This document shows positions 1 through 13,369 of a DNA stretch of 64,000 nucleotides, in pieces. The translations under genes were made by a program, and so were the position numbers. The stretch is taken from NCBI GenBank assembly GCA_002269645.1, contig NIVC01000462.1:77468-141467 (forward strand). The letters are read 5' to 3'. The stretch is from Macrostomum lignano. Taxonomy: Eukaryota. The notes beneath the pieces are model-generated. The model saw only the letters and a list, made by a program, of their open reading frames with translations. It was not told the origin of the DNA and ran no database searches. Position 1 is the first letter of the stretch. Each line of letters opens with the position of its first letter.

Positions 1-380
1 GGCGGCAGACGAAATGACTGTCAACTAGGCCCTAGGCCTAGGGCCTATGTATATACATACTTGAAAAGTTTAGTATAAAAGTATATTTGGATTTACATTT
101 TATAAATAAATATTATTATATTATATTTTATAAAAAATAAAGTTAATGAAATTGATTGCTTAAAATGTTTTGGGCATTTTATGAATTCTTTCATTTTACA
201 ATCCCCATTCCTAGGCACTTTTGTTATACCATCCCTGGGTAAAAGATGCAATGAAAGAATATAGACACCAAAGGACTAGAAACGTATCCATCAAAGAGTC
301 AAAGTCACTGCACTAAGGCAGTTTCAAAAGCTGTCTATTTTGAAGGCAATCAAACAAAGCCTAGACAAGAGTCTTTACAA

Positions 381-970
381 GAATAGTATAGGAGCCTTCC
401 TATATTCACTTTCGTTATACAATCATTTAAATAGAGGAAGTGTATGGAAAGGGATCGGATAGGCTAACAAAACTTAGGCTTTTCATCAATTTCGTAATAT
501 GATCCCTCAAGTCAGAAATTTGTTTGCAGGGGATCGTATATCAAAAGTGAAATTTAGGTATAGTAGGCTATTAATTGTATATGAAGTAAAAATAGTTCAT
601 ACGACTTGTTTGATACCTGCCTAACACAGCCCCCTCAATTTTGTTTTAACAATCCCCTTATGGTATGGAGAGCTATTGTTTCATGCTATCAGGGTTCATA
701 TAATGAAAGTAAAGGGAGGTAAAATATAGATGTATGTCGTATAGAACAACTTAGGAGACTTCTTTTTATCAGCCATTGCTGAAATTTTTACAAGGTGTTT
801 TTTTCGCATGTTAGGTACACAATCCCCTCCAAACAAATTTTTGCCTTGAGGGATCATATTACGAAATTGACGAAAAGCCCAAGTTTCGTTATCTGATCCC
901 TTTCCATACATTTCTTCCATTTAAATGATTGTATAACGAAAGTGAATATAGGGACATTCCTACTATTGCC
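381..970. repeat. ~160-bp inverted repeat pair within a nested foldback/MITE-like region (~170-1170)
   Basis: 381-545 matches the reverse complement of 815-970 (e.g. CCTATATTCACTTTCGTTATACAATCATTTAAAT; TCAATTTCGTAATATGATCCCTCAAG). A weaker outer pair lies at ~186-235 and ~1105-1165. Confidence 0.8.
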
Positions 971-1669
971 AAGAAGATTCATGGCTTACAATTAATTAGG
1001 ATAATCGTTGCAGTACCAATTCAAACTTGAGAAACATATCGCGAAACTAACTGGAATATACTCCACTGATATATAAGCAAGACTCCTATCCTTTATATAG
1101 GAGATCATATAACGAAAGTGCCATGTTCTATAGGATAAATGTAAGGGGATTGTAAAACAAAAGAATGCCATTTTTTGCATAATTAAATTTTTAAAATTAT
1201 CTTTTTACAAGAAATTTTGACATATATTATAAGGACTTTTGGTTTGGTATATATTGACAATTTAAATAATATTCTTGTTCTAATGTATAATACTACATAA
1301 TCTGGACCCTGTATTAGACCTTAGATGTAATTTGGCATCTTGGCACTAGCCAAAAACAATCTAAAATAAAAAATATAAGTTGAAATAAATTTCTAAATAA
1401 AATTATTTTTTTGTTATAAGTCAACTACAAATAATTTTTTCTTTATTCTATAGCAGATAGTTTTGTATTTTATAAATAGGTATATATTTTAGTTTTATTT
1501 ATTAAATGAATATTGGAGCAAATGAGGTTTTTTCAGATGGTATTTAGCATACAAAATTAGACACTAAAAGTACATATTTAGCTTATACATCTGTGTGCCT
1601 AAGGTTGGATTTAAAAATGATATAGCAATAGTATATATCATACATGCGCAACCTCTGAAATTACGCTGG

Positions 1670-1865
1670 CCGTGCGACTTAGTTTTGACCAAAAATGTGA
1701 CTTAGTTTTGTGACTTAGTTTGCTTCTTATGCGACTTACCTGATCCTTTTTGCAACTTAGTTGCTCCTTTTGCGACTTACCTGATCCTTTTTGCGACTTA
1801 GTTGCTCCTGTTGCGACTTACCTGATCCTTTTTGCGACTTAGTTTGCTTCTTATGCGACTTGTTT
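1670..1865. repeat. Short degenerate tandem repeat (GCGACTTAGTTGCTCC / GCGACTTACCTGATCC)
   Basis: GCGACTTA recurs about every 19 bp. Confidence 0.75.
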
Positions 1866-3009
1866 TTCTTTTGCTTCACCATTTTTCCTTGAACCGCTCT
1901 TTTTTTGCTTTCCTGTTGCCTTTCTTTCTTGGTTCTTGTGTTTTTCTGTTTTTGGTTGACTCAATTTTGCAACTTATCCCTGGTCAGCCACAATTTACGG
2001 TGGCCGGATCGGCCAGCTCGGCCAGCAGTTGCGCATGTATGGTATATATAATAACAAAAACAGTAAACAACAAAATACATCAATCAATTAGCAGACAATA
2101 TCACAAAGGCCTAGGTGCGCCACCGGTTATGCTGTCAGCAATGTTCGGTGTACCGACATCAGCTAGCAGACAGTCAACAAAGCGCCAAGTATGAGCCTGC
2201 CCTTGCTAGTAAGGTGCATATAGCATTATCAGTAGCAACTCCTGCATTGGCTCTGGGTAGTACCACTTTGTTTAGATGAGATTGCTTGCCAGCTAGAGTT
2301 GCTGACTAGACTATTTATATTATTATACTAGAAATAGTACACTATAATTTTAAATGCACTATTTTATTCTTTAGAGTTTTTTTAGAAAGCAAACATACTA
2401 GCAAAGAAGCATGTATAGTCATGCATAGATAATTTTAATACTAGAAATGATTTATTTTTTTATTTTAAGAATGTTGGTAAATAGATAAAAAGGCATTGGT
2501 ATTGGTAATTGATAAATGGTAAGTAGACAAAAAGCATCAATAAAAGAATAAGAAGTGCCAATGGATGGATATTGAATATTGATATTTCCATGGACACATT
2601 GTAATCGACAATATTAGGAGCTGATTATGATTTCGATATGTGTAAATTTGTTAATTTTCACATCTTTAGCACAAAGACAACAGGATAAGTTTGTTAAAGT
2701 AAAAGGCTTCTTTTAATTCATTGATGTTTATGCAAAAATGCAGCCAAAATTTTAAATAAAAGATAGTAGCAAAATAGCATTAAGAATATACAGTTTAGTG
2801 GGAATTATAAAATATAAATTTCCTTAATATATTCAACCTTGTCCTCCTCCAAAGAATAGGAAGTCAATCATTGTGATGTTGATGACCTTAGAACTATTTT
2901 TGGCAGCACTCCGCAAACTGCCAGACAATATAAATTAAAACCATTAGTGAATTCAACAAAATGAGCATCATGCTAAATTTTTTATACACAAAATTTATTG
3001 TTGCACCAG

Positions 3010-6000
3010 GTCGCTGCCAGGGCTGCTGTGGCATGTGCAAGCCGCGATGGGTTCGACTTGTGGACAATATCTATCCAAAAAACTATTTGGTGAGATTCTA
3101 AAAATCTAAATGCACCTCTAAGTACTACATGTTACTCAAGTGTCTGACAAATTGTCTAAAATTGTTCGCATGATAAAATCTCTGCAGAACAAGCAGCCCA
3201 ATGGGCCGAAGCTCAACTCGCTGACTCATTATTCATGCCGCAACCCTGAGAAGCTCGCTCGTATTGCCGAGTACCTGGAGAGCCGGCTGCAGAGAGATCT
3301 TTATAGGAGAAAGACTGGGTGAGTTGAGATCAGAAAGATCGGCTGTAAAACCAGTTTACTGTGAGCAGTGAGAAATTTTCCAATCCATTTTTTATTTTAG
3401 GCACGTCTTTGTCTCCATGGACATCATTGACAATCTGATCAAGAGCTGCCAGCGACTGGACAACTTCATCTGCACCTATTTGGCTATGGTCACCAGCTTG
3501 TTGGAGAATAAGGATCCCGAGCTGCAGGTTTGGCTTATTGGCTGACTGGATTAACTGTATCATATCCAGACTTAACAGATCCCCAGATTAGGTCTTCAGC
3601 GACCTTCTACCCTCCCAGATCCTCAGTTGCTGGGCCACCAGCCTCCCAGAGTGTCAGTTGCTGGGCCAGCCTCCCAGAGTGTCAGTTGCTGGGCCAGCCT
3701 CCCAGAGTGTCAGTTGCTGGGCCAGCCTCCCAGAGTGTCAGTTGCTGGGCCAGCCTCCCAGAGTGTCAGTTGCTGGGCCAGCCTCCCAGATCCTCAGTTG
3801 CTGGGCCAGCCTCCCAGATCCTCAGTTGCTGGGCCAGCCTCCCAGATCCTCATTTGCTGGGCCAGCCTCCCAGATCCTCAATTGCTGGGCCATCCTCCCA
3901 GAGTGTCAGTTGCTGGGCCATCCTCCCAGAGTGTCAGTTGCTGGGCCATCCTCCCAGAGTGTCAGTTGCTGGGCCATCCTCCCAGAGTGTCAGTTGCTGG
4001 GCCATCCTCCCAGAGTGTCAGTTGCTGGGCCATCCTCCCAGAGTGTCAGTTGCTGGGCCATCCTCCCAGAGTGTCAGTTGCTGGGCCATCCTCCCAGAGT
4101 GTCAGTTGCTGGGTCAGCCTCCCAGATCCTCGGTTGCTGGGCCAGTCTCCCAGATCCTAAGTTGCTGGGCCATCCTCCCAGAGTGTCAGTTGCTGGGCCA
4201 GCCTCCCAGATCCTAAGTTGCTGGGCCAGCCTCCCAGATCCTAAGTTGCTGGGCCAGCCTCCCAGATCCTCAGTTGCTGGGCCAGCCTTCCAGATCCTCA
4301 GTTGCTGGTCCAGCCTCCCAGATCCTCAATTGCTGGGCCACCAGCCTCCCAGAGTGTCAGTTGCTGGGCCAGCCTCCCAGATCCTCAGTTGCTGGGCCAG
4401 CCTTCCAGAGTGTCAGTTGCTGGGTCAGCCTCCCAGATCCTCAGTTGCTGGGTCAGCCTCCCAGATCCTCAGTTGCTGGGCCAGCCTCCCAGATCCTCAG
4501 TTGCTGGGCCATCCTCCCAGAGTGTCAGTTGTTGGGTCAGCCTCCCAGATCCTCAGTTGCTGGGCCAGTCTCCCAGATCCTCAGTTGCTGGTCCAGCTTC
4601 CCAGATCCTCAGTTGCTTGAATCCTATCACACCCCAAACTACTCGCAGATGACGGGCACGCAGAGCTTCGAGAAGTTCTCCGAGATCGACAAGGAGACGC
4701 CCAACTACCTGAAGGAGTACGCCACTTTGCTGGAGTGCTTTGTCAAGATGTGCCACGACGCCAGTCCCGACGAGGCGGTCCGCTGCCGGGTGCGCTGCGC
4801 CGGGCTGCAGGGCATCATGAGCATGATGCGCAAAGTGGCCTCCGATGATTTGCAGATCAACATCTGGGAACAGGTGCACATGAACCAGATCCTCTGGGGC
4901 ATCCTGTTCAACCTGGAGGAGGGTTTGCAGGTGAGTTTTTCGAAAATTCGAGCCTCAGGCAATTCAGAGAGTAGAGAGCAGATTCAGTAGGGTAGACAGC
5001 AGATTCCGGAGGGCAGAGAGCAGATTCAGTAGTGAGTAGGGTAGAGAGCAGATTCAGTAGGGTAGAGAGCAGATTCAGTAGGGTAGAGAACAGATTCAGT
5101 AGGGTAGAGAGCAGATTCAGTAGGGTAGACAGCAGATTCAGTAGGGTAGAGAACAGATTTAGGAGGGTAGAGAGCAGATTCAGTAGGGTAGACAGCAGAT
5201 TTAGGAGGGTAGACAGCAGATTCAGGAGGGTAGACAGCAGATTCAGTAGGGTAGAGAACATATTCAGGGGGCAGAGAGCAGATTCAATCCGCACTGCAAT
5301 GCCGCACCCCGCAGGCAAGCGAGGAGGCGGCCGCCGCCGCAGCCCCGACCGCAGCGGCGCCCTCAGTCGGCGGCGACGTGGCGCTGCTGGCCGAGGCGGG
5401 TGACGGAGGCGGCTGCGCCTCAGGCAGCGGCCCGCGGCCATTCGACAAGGCTAAGGAGGCCCTGGAGGACCTGGTGATGCGAGCCAATTACAACAACATG
5501 AACTGCATAGTGGACCCGGTGCTGACCCACCTGGACCACAATCCAGACCTGTGGGCGCCCAACCGGTTCGCCGTGTTCGTATTCCACACCATCATCTGCC
5601 GCATCCCCAAGCCGTCCCAGGCCTACGCTGTGGTGGACCGGGTCATCCAGCACCTCAACACGGTCAAGTCCACCCCGGTGAAGAAGGCAGTTGTCCAGGT
5701 TGTCAGCAGCATTGTGGGCTACGCTGCCAGCGATGCTATTGGGCCGGCCGTGTACAATGTGTTCAAGGAGCTGTGCAGGCAGCTCATGCAGAGCATCTGG
5801 TCCAGGGATGAGAGCAGCGATGTGAGTTTAGGTTGGGTTTCCACGCTTGGGATAAGACATCGACTCATTCACTGATCCTCAGTTGCTGGGCCAGCCTCCC
5901 AGATCCTCATTTGCTGGGCCAGCCTCCCAGATCCTCTGTTGCTGGGCCAGCCTTCCAGATCCTCAGTTGCTGGGCCAGCCTTCCAGATCCTCGGTTGCTG

Positions 6001-8294
6001 GGCCAGCCTCCCAGATCCTCAGTTGCTGGGCCATCCTCCCAGATCCTCAGTTGCTGGGCCAGCCTTCCAGATCCTCGGTTGCTGGGCCAGCCTCCCAGAT
6101 CCTCAGTTGCTGGGCCAGCCTCCCAGATCCTCAGTTGCTGGGCCAGCCTCCCAGATCCTCAGTTGCTGGGCCAGCCTCCCAGATCCTCGGTTGCTGGGCC
6201 AGCCTCCCAGATCCTCAGTTGCTGGGCCAGCCTCCCAGATCCTCAGTTGCTGGGCCAGCCTCCCAGATCCTCAGTTGCTGGGCCAGCCTCCCAGATCCTC
6301 GGTTGCTGGGCCAGCCTCCCAGATCCTCGGTTGCTGGGCCAGCCTCCCAGATCCTCAGTTGCTGGGCCAGCCTCCCAGATCCTCAGTTGCTGGGCCAGCC
6401 TCCCAGATTCCAAATTTGGAAGTGACCCCACACGTGACCGCCGCTTGCCACCTCAGGTGGAGTCGCAGTACCGCGAGGAGGTCATCAACACGATGGTCCG
6501 CTACTCGGAGGCTTCGCCCGACACGCAGAAAGTGGAGATTATGAAGTACATTCTGTCCTTCGAGGCGCAGCACGTTCGCATGCTGGACCAGAGCTCGCAG
6601 TCGCAGCCGGAGGTGGAGGAGCGCAAGCGCAAGATGCTGCTGAAGAGCCTGCTCAAGACTGTTAGCATGGTTGCTGAGAACTATCGCACCACGGTGATCT
6701 CCAACGCTTTCCCATTTGATTTCCTGCCTCCCCTGCTGAAGATCTCTATGAATAGCGATCCCGGCATCCGGGTTGTGGTGCAGAACATCTTGCAGCACCT
6801 CATCGATAGGCACTCTTATCGGGAGGCCTTCAGCCGGGTGCGCCTACTGCCGTTGCCCGACAGCTCGACAGGTGCGCCGTCACCGCGGCACGACAAGCCG
6901 TCTCGGCAGGACATGCAGTTCATGCGGTCCGCCATGGGCAGTGAGCTGCTCACCCACCTGTACACCCAGCTACAGGTGAGAACTGCGCGGTTGTTATTCA
7001 AGTAATAATCATCTAGTAAAAAGTCTAAATTAATCTAATGATATCCGTCTCTAAGATTTTCCCTTGGGGGGGGGGCGTGGAGGTGTCGCAGCCCAGTGGT
7101 CCAGCACGGATCTCTGATGTACCAACGGCCCAGGCTCGATTCCAAGTTGTCAGTCACATTAATTGGAATCTCGGCTTGGCTCTGCTCGTGCCCAGAGCAC
7201 AGTAAATTGTACATACGAAACGATAAAGTTTATAGTGCGTATATGTGCGTATGACTGCGTACGTATCCGCGCGCTTGTGTGCCTGCTCAGGGGAGTCGGC
7301 GGAATGGGCATCAATGCCTCTCGCCTCTTGTGTGGCGATGTCGCTTAAAATGTGCCAGGGTGCCTCTAATAAAAAAAATCTATCCTGAAAATCGTCTCTG
7401 TATCTTTCTTGAGAATCGTCTCTTGATCTCACATGAGAGTTGTGGGATCTCATTAGATCTCATATGAAAATCGTCTCTAGATCTCACATGAGAATCGTTT
7501 CTAGATCTCACATGAGAATTGTCTTTAGGTCTGACCTAAGAATCGTTTCTAGACCTTACCTGAGAATAGTCTCTTGATCTCACCTGAGAATCGTCTCTAG
7601 ATCTCACCTGAGAATCGTCTCTAGTTCTCACCTGAGAATCGTCTCTAGATCTCACCTGAGAATTGTCTCTAGATCTCACCTGAGAATCGTCTTTAGATCT
7701 CACCTGAAAATCGTCTATAGATCTCACCTGAAAATGGTCTCAAAATAGCCCCATTATGCCGTAATGCGAACGCCCCTCAGACTGAGCAGCTTGCTTCCAT
7801 CCCGCAGGAGGAGAGCAACCGGGTGGACAACTTCGAGAAGCTGTACACCACCCTGTGCCTGCTGGCGCTGGAGACTGCGGCAGATGAAGCTCTGGTTGAG
7901 TTCTTCCGCCTCGGCCTGCAGACTCAGGACTTTCTAGTCAGCGATCGGTGCGGCCTGAAGATTGTGCACAAGTCTGCCGCCATGGCGGTTGTGGCCGCCC
8001 TCTTCACCCTGCTGTGCGGCCTGCAGCCTTGCAAAGGCATCGACGCTCACGTGGCCGAGGTCGGAATTTATTCGATTTTTACAGAATATAGCAATCATGC
8101 ACTTTGTGTGCTACTTATTTAGCTACTGGGCAGTAGAATGCCTAAACTCTATATATTTAATTCCGCTAAATGCACGCAGGTGATTGAGCAGCGAAACAGC
8201 AAAGCGCCGCATTTTCTGCCTAAAGTGGCTTTCAATAGGAATAATACAGCTAAGAGGTGAGTCCGACTTGCTTTCTAGTGTCTGTCTTAGTGGC

Positions 8295-8357
<63 letters not shown>

Positions 8358-8358
8358 G

Positions 8359-8405
<47 letters not shown>

Positions 8406-8406
8406 G

Positions 8407-8473
<67 letters not shown>

Positions 8474-8491
8474 GTGTCTGTCTGTCTGTCA

Positions 8492-8545
<54 letters not shown>

Positions 8546-8546
8546 G

Positions 8547-8585
<39 letters not shown>

Positions 8586-8627
8586 GTGTCTGTCTGTCTG
8601 TCTGTCTGTGTGTCTGTCTGTCTGTCA

Positions 8628-8681
<54 letters not shown>

Positions 8682-8682
8682 G

Positions 8683-8721
<39 letters not shown>

Positions 8722-8722
8722 G

Positions 8723-8761
<39 letters not shown>

Positions 8762-8779
8762 GTGTCTGTCTGTCTGTCA

Positions 8780-8849
<70 letters not shown>

Positions 8850-8850
8850 G

Positions 8851-8905
<55 letters not shown>

Positions 8906-8906
8906 G

Positions 8907-8965
<59 letters not shown>

Positions 8966-8966
8966 G

Positions 8967-9015
<49 letters not shown>

Positions 9016-12000
9016 GACTACACCCTGTATGCCATCACACTGTCCATCGCGCAGCTACGCCACCGAGTCCATCACTCCTGAGCTGCTGTTCTCAACCGAC
9101 CAGATCGAATCCGAGCTGAAGGCGGCCGGCTTCGACACCAGCACCCTGCGGCAGCCATACGAGTCGCTGATGGACCTGCGTGCTAAGCTAGGTGACGAGA
9201 TAAACGCATCGAACAGAGGTGAGGCCATGGTCAGAGCTTGGTTTAAACAAATTGACTGTAATACTTTGCTGCAATTTAAGTTTGTCTGTTTGTTTTTATA
9301 AATTCGCTAGTAAAATGATACATTTACATGTAAATACAAGAGTGCAAATAAATATTAACGCCCGAACACTCGGCTATCTGGTCTACTAGGCGGATTTGTT
9401 GGATTCGGCAGGCAGCAGCCAAAGCGAAGGGAGTCAACATTTCACTGTAAATAATATCTGCGTATGCGTTTTGGCCGTCCTGATTCGATGGCTCAATAAT
9501 ATCAATGTGTTTCAATATATGGCCATTGTAGTTTCATAAATTTAAATCTTTCTCAAAACTTTGGCGTATTGATTCATTCAAATCAGTAATTGCTGCCAGA
9601 TAGATTGGTTGCGGGCCAGTTCCTTATCCATCAGTGTACTCTTATAGCTTAGCGAAATTTATACATTGTTCCCTCTCAATGTACACTCTGCCTGCCCCCA
9701 CCAACCCATAGACCCTCTGCCTCTCTCCCCAATGTACACATTGCCTGCCCCTTCCAACCCATAGACCCTCTGCCTCTCTCCCCAATGTACACTTTGCCTG
9801 CCCCTTCAACCCATAGACCCTCTGCCTCTCTCCCCAATGTACACTTTGCCTGCCCCTTCCAACCCATAGACCCTCTGCCTCTCTCCCCAATGTACATATT
9901 GCCTGCCCCCTTCAACCCAAAGACCCTCTGCCTCTCTCCCCAATTTACACATTGCCTGCCCCCTCTAACCCATAGACCCTCTGCCTCTCTCCCCAATGTA
10001 CACATTGCCTGCCCCCACCAACCCATAGACCCTCTGCCTTTCTCCCCAATGTACACATTGCCTGCCCCTTCCAACCCATAGACCCTCTGACTCTCTCCCC
10101 AATGTACACTTTGCCTGCCCCTTCAACCCATAGACCCTCTGCCTCTCTCCCCAATGTACACTTTGCCTGCCCCTTCCAACCCATAGACCCTCTGCCTCTC
10201 TCCCCAATGTACATATTGCCTGCCCCCTTCAACCCAAAGACCCTCTGCCTCTCTCCCCAATTTACACATTGCCTGCCCCCTCTAACCCATAGACCCTCTG
10301 CCTCTCTCCCCAATGTACACATTGCCTGCCCCACCAACCCATAGACCCTCTGCCTCTCTCCCCAATGTACACATTGCCTGCCCCCTCCAACCCATAGACC
10401 CTCTGCCTCTCTCCCCAATGTACACTTTGCCTGCCCCCTCTAACCCATAGACCCTCTGCCTCTCTCCCCAATGTACACATTGCCTGCCCCCTCCAACCCA
10501 TAGACCCTCTGCCTCTCTCCCCAATGTGCACATTGCTTGCCCCTCCAACCCATAGACCCTCTGCCTCTCTCCCCAATGTACACATTGCCTGCCCCCTCCA
10601 ACCCATAGACCCTCTGCCTCTCTCCCCAATCAATTTATTATTGATTTCGTTCTGCATGTAGGAATACTCTTTTGGGTGTTAAATCTATTATTGACTAATT
10701 GTTTCAATCTCTGACATTAATTGGTTTAAGTGAGTAGATTTATGATTTTTTCGAGTTTTTTCATCTCACCTAAAGTTTAATAATGATTAACAGTAAAATG
10801 AATACTTTTTTCTGTACAGTACTTGTTCTTAAGAAAATTTATCTCTGCTTAAATTTGATTCTCACAACTTCCATTATCATTCCCATTGTCCCCACAGATT
10901 GGGTTGTAGTGACGGAGTGTTCCTATATTATGGGGGGGGGGCTGGCTTCAAATCCTTTTCATTTATCTGTGCAATTCGATGTATGAAATATTAATATTAA
11001 CAATAATTAACCACACAGCGATTATTCACCTATAGAGTCAATAATAATTGTTATTTCACTAATAATTTCTATCACTCTTTTTGCCGGATTTTTTAAAGTC
11101 AAGTGAAATAAAATAATTTGCGCATTCGCACATTTCATTTTAGCAGTAGTACTAGTAGTAGTGCGATATAGGTTATCAAACATTTTGTTATAATTTATTT
11201 TTCATTATAAATCCTTTGTTTTAGTTCGTAAGTATGAGGCACCCGGTTGAATCCGGTTGAGTGGTCAGTTTGATAAACGGCAGATCATTGATTAGATTAA
11301 TTTGTTATAACTATTTTAACTAACCACATTAACACGTGTTTTTAACCACTAACATTTGCGTAGCATATGATGTTATAGTTATTATTTATTTATTTCATTG
11401 CATTTGCTTTTATTTGTTAACTTAAGTTTTGGTTTTTAACTTCTGCAGTTTTTGCATGCCCAGTGAGCTCTGCATCTCTGCTTTTCTCTTTGTCTCCCTT
11501 TCCGCCTCTTGTGTACCTCTACCTCCACCTCCTATCTACCTCTCCACCTATCTCCTTCTTTAACTCTCCTATCTGTTTCTCTCCTCTCCTGTCTCCCTCT
11601 CTGCCTCTCCTATCTTATCTACCTCTCCTCCCACCTCTTCTATGTACCTCTCCCTTCCCCAATTTCCACCCTCTCTCTAGATCCTCTCTTCTTTATCTCA
11701 TCCTCTCCCTCACTTTTTCCCATATCTCCTTCCCTTTCCCACTCTAATCTATTTTATCCCTCTCTTTCATGGCTCTCACCAAGTTATTGATCACCGGTAA
11801 AAAGATAGTGTATAAAGTTATTATCGATACATATCGGGTGAATCAACTTTAGTACTATCTAGCGGCTCAATTTGCACGAGGATCTTCGACTGCCTTTAGG
11901 ATTAGAAAAAAGTGCAATGCTAAAAAATCAGCCATTCCTTTCTCATCCAAGCTTACTAACGCAACCAATAGCTAAGTTAAGCTATGTACGCTATTTTTAT

Positions 12001-13232
12001 CTTCTGTTGATAGTCCAAATTTCGATGATTGAATCTCCGCCCTCCCCCCGAATTTTTCATCACTGCAAGATTTCCGCGACTTCATGCAAACTGTCGGGGG
12101 CGCCAGGCGCGATCGTCGGGAAAGCGCCTGGTCTCTGGCGCCTTCGGTTAGCGACGAGAGCGTCGGGAGCCGGTCGCGTCGGCTCAGCCGGTCCGACAGC
12201 CTATCGGATTTGGATCTGTCTTTCGGCGCGTTTAGGAAGATTATGTGTGAGTTTTGGTGGCTTAGTGAGCTTGTAGTCTGTGCTCAGTGATCCTGCAGTC
12301 TGTGCTCAGTGATCTTGTAGTCTGTGCTCAGTGATCCTGTAGTCTATGCTCAGTGATCCTGCAGTCTATGCTCAGTGATCCTGCAGTCTATGCTTAGTGA
12401 TCCTGCAGTCTATGCTTAGTGATCCTGCAGTCTATGCTTAGTGATCCTGCAGTCTATGCTTAGTGATCCTGCAGTCTATGCTTAGTGATCCTGCAGTCTA
12501 TGCTTAGTGATCCTGCAGTCTATGCTTAGTGATCCTGCAGTCTATGCTTAGTGATCCTGCAGTCTATGCTTAGTGATCCTGCAGTCTATGCTTAGTGATC
12601 CTGCAGTCTATGCTTAGTGATCCTGCAGTCTATGCTTAGTGATCCTGCAGTCTATGCTTAGTGATCCTGCAGTCTATGCTTAGTGATCCTGCAGTCTATG
12701 CTTAGTGATCCTGCAGTCTATGCTTAGTGATCCTGCAGTCTATGCTTAGTGATCCTGCAGTCTATGCTTAGTGATCCTGCAGTCTATGCTTAGTGATCCT
12801 GCAGTCTATGCTTAGTGATCCTGCAGTCTATGCTTAGTGATCCTGCAGTCTATGCTTAGTGATCCTGCAGTCTATGCTTAGTGATCCTGCAGTCTATGCT
12901 TAGTAAGTTTATCTACCAGTTTAACCGCCGTCTCTGCCCCTCTCCACTCAGACGAGCCGCCAGCTCAGCGCTTGAAGCGCCGAGCCGAGGAGGAGCGCGA
13001 GATCAAGGAGCTGTACGACACCGCCTCCTTTGACGAGCTGCTGGAGCGACACCGCAGGGAGAAGGCCACCCCCATCAACGAGGTTATCGCCTTCCTCAAG
13101 GAGGTTGAAGCCTCCAACAACAGCGACAGTCGGCCTGAACTGGGCGACAGCGGCAAGGAGCTGCGAGTCTGCGAGCCGAGGAAGGGCGCCACTATTAAGG
13201 AGATCGAGTTCCCGTCGCTATTCGTGTTCTGA
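3010..13232 (+). CDS. EFR3: Protein EFR3 homolog (plasma-membrane scaffold of the PI4KA complex); multi-exon, ~875 aa, first exon/start unresolved
   Basis: Exons with GT-AG ends and consistent phases: 3010-3089, 3188-3318, 3401-3527, 4649-4930, 5315-5821, 6457-6975, 7781-8059, 8180-8256, 9055-9218, 12070-12246, 12952-13232. Translation has the N-terminal Cys cluster [23 protein letters not shown], then [37 protein letters not shown]...IWE..HM..I, and C-terminal [12 protein letters not shown]. These follow EFR3A/B (CCCCSALRPRYKRLVDNIFP ... YEMKFPDLCVY) colinearly. In-frame ATGs at 2961/2970 are an alternative to an unseen upstream exon. Confidence 0.93.
3605..4617. repeat. 28-bp minisatellite in an EFR3 intron
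   Basis: Unit CAGTTGCTGGGCCAGCCTCCCAGATCCT, with a variant ending AGAGTGT; ~36 copies. Confidence 0.97.
4965..5290. repeat. 21-bp minisatellite in an EFR3 intron
   Basis: Unit CAGTAGGGTAGAGAGCAGATT; ~15 copies. Confidence 0.95.
5873..6410. repeat. 28-bp minisatellite, same family as 3605-4617
   Basis: Unit CAGTTGCTGGGCCAGCCTCCCAGATCCT; ~19 copies. Confidence 0.97.
7079..7350 (+). mobile_element. tRNA-derived SINE (family also present at 53390-53690, minus strand)
   Basis: The head has A-box-like CAGCCCAGTGG and B-box-like GGCTCGATTCC. Segments 7129-7163 and 7250-7330 match reverse-complemented 53630-53665 and 53414-53495. Confidence 0.6.
7400..7740. repeat. 24-bp minisatellite in an EFR3 intron
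   Basis: Unit TAGATCTCACCTGAGAATCGTCTC. Confidence 0.93.
8293..9016. repeat. (CTGT)n microsatellite, ~720 bp
   Basis: Near-pure CTGT with occasional GTGT/CAGT interruptions. Confidence 0.98.
9678..10630. repeat. 52-53-bp minisatellite in an EFR3 intron
   Basis: Unit AACCCATAGACCCTCTGCCTCTCTCCCCAATGTACACATTGCCTGCCCCTTCC; ~18 copies. Confidence 0.96.
11460..11780. repeat. Pyrimidine-rich (CT) low-complexity tract
   Basis: The + strand is strongly dominated by C/T over ~320 bp, with no fixed period. Confidence 0.8.
12275..12903. repeat. 22-bp highly homogeneous minisatellite in the last EFR3 intron
   Basis: Unit GTGATCCTGCAGTCTATGCTTA; ~29 copies, mostly identical. Confidence 0.98.
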
Positions 13233-13369
13233 GCTGTCCGATGAGATGCAGCTCGATCATAATTTTACTGGACTAAATTCGCTTTGTACTTTTCACATGC
13301 AATTCGTAAATTCTGAGTCTTAAATCTACTAAATGACAAAATGTCATAATTGAGACGCTAATTCCTTGA

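Noticed and set aside
2510-2525. ATG|GTAAGT as the missing EFR3 first exon
   Set aside because: It gives a phase-0 intron, but the exon at 3010 needs phase 1.
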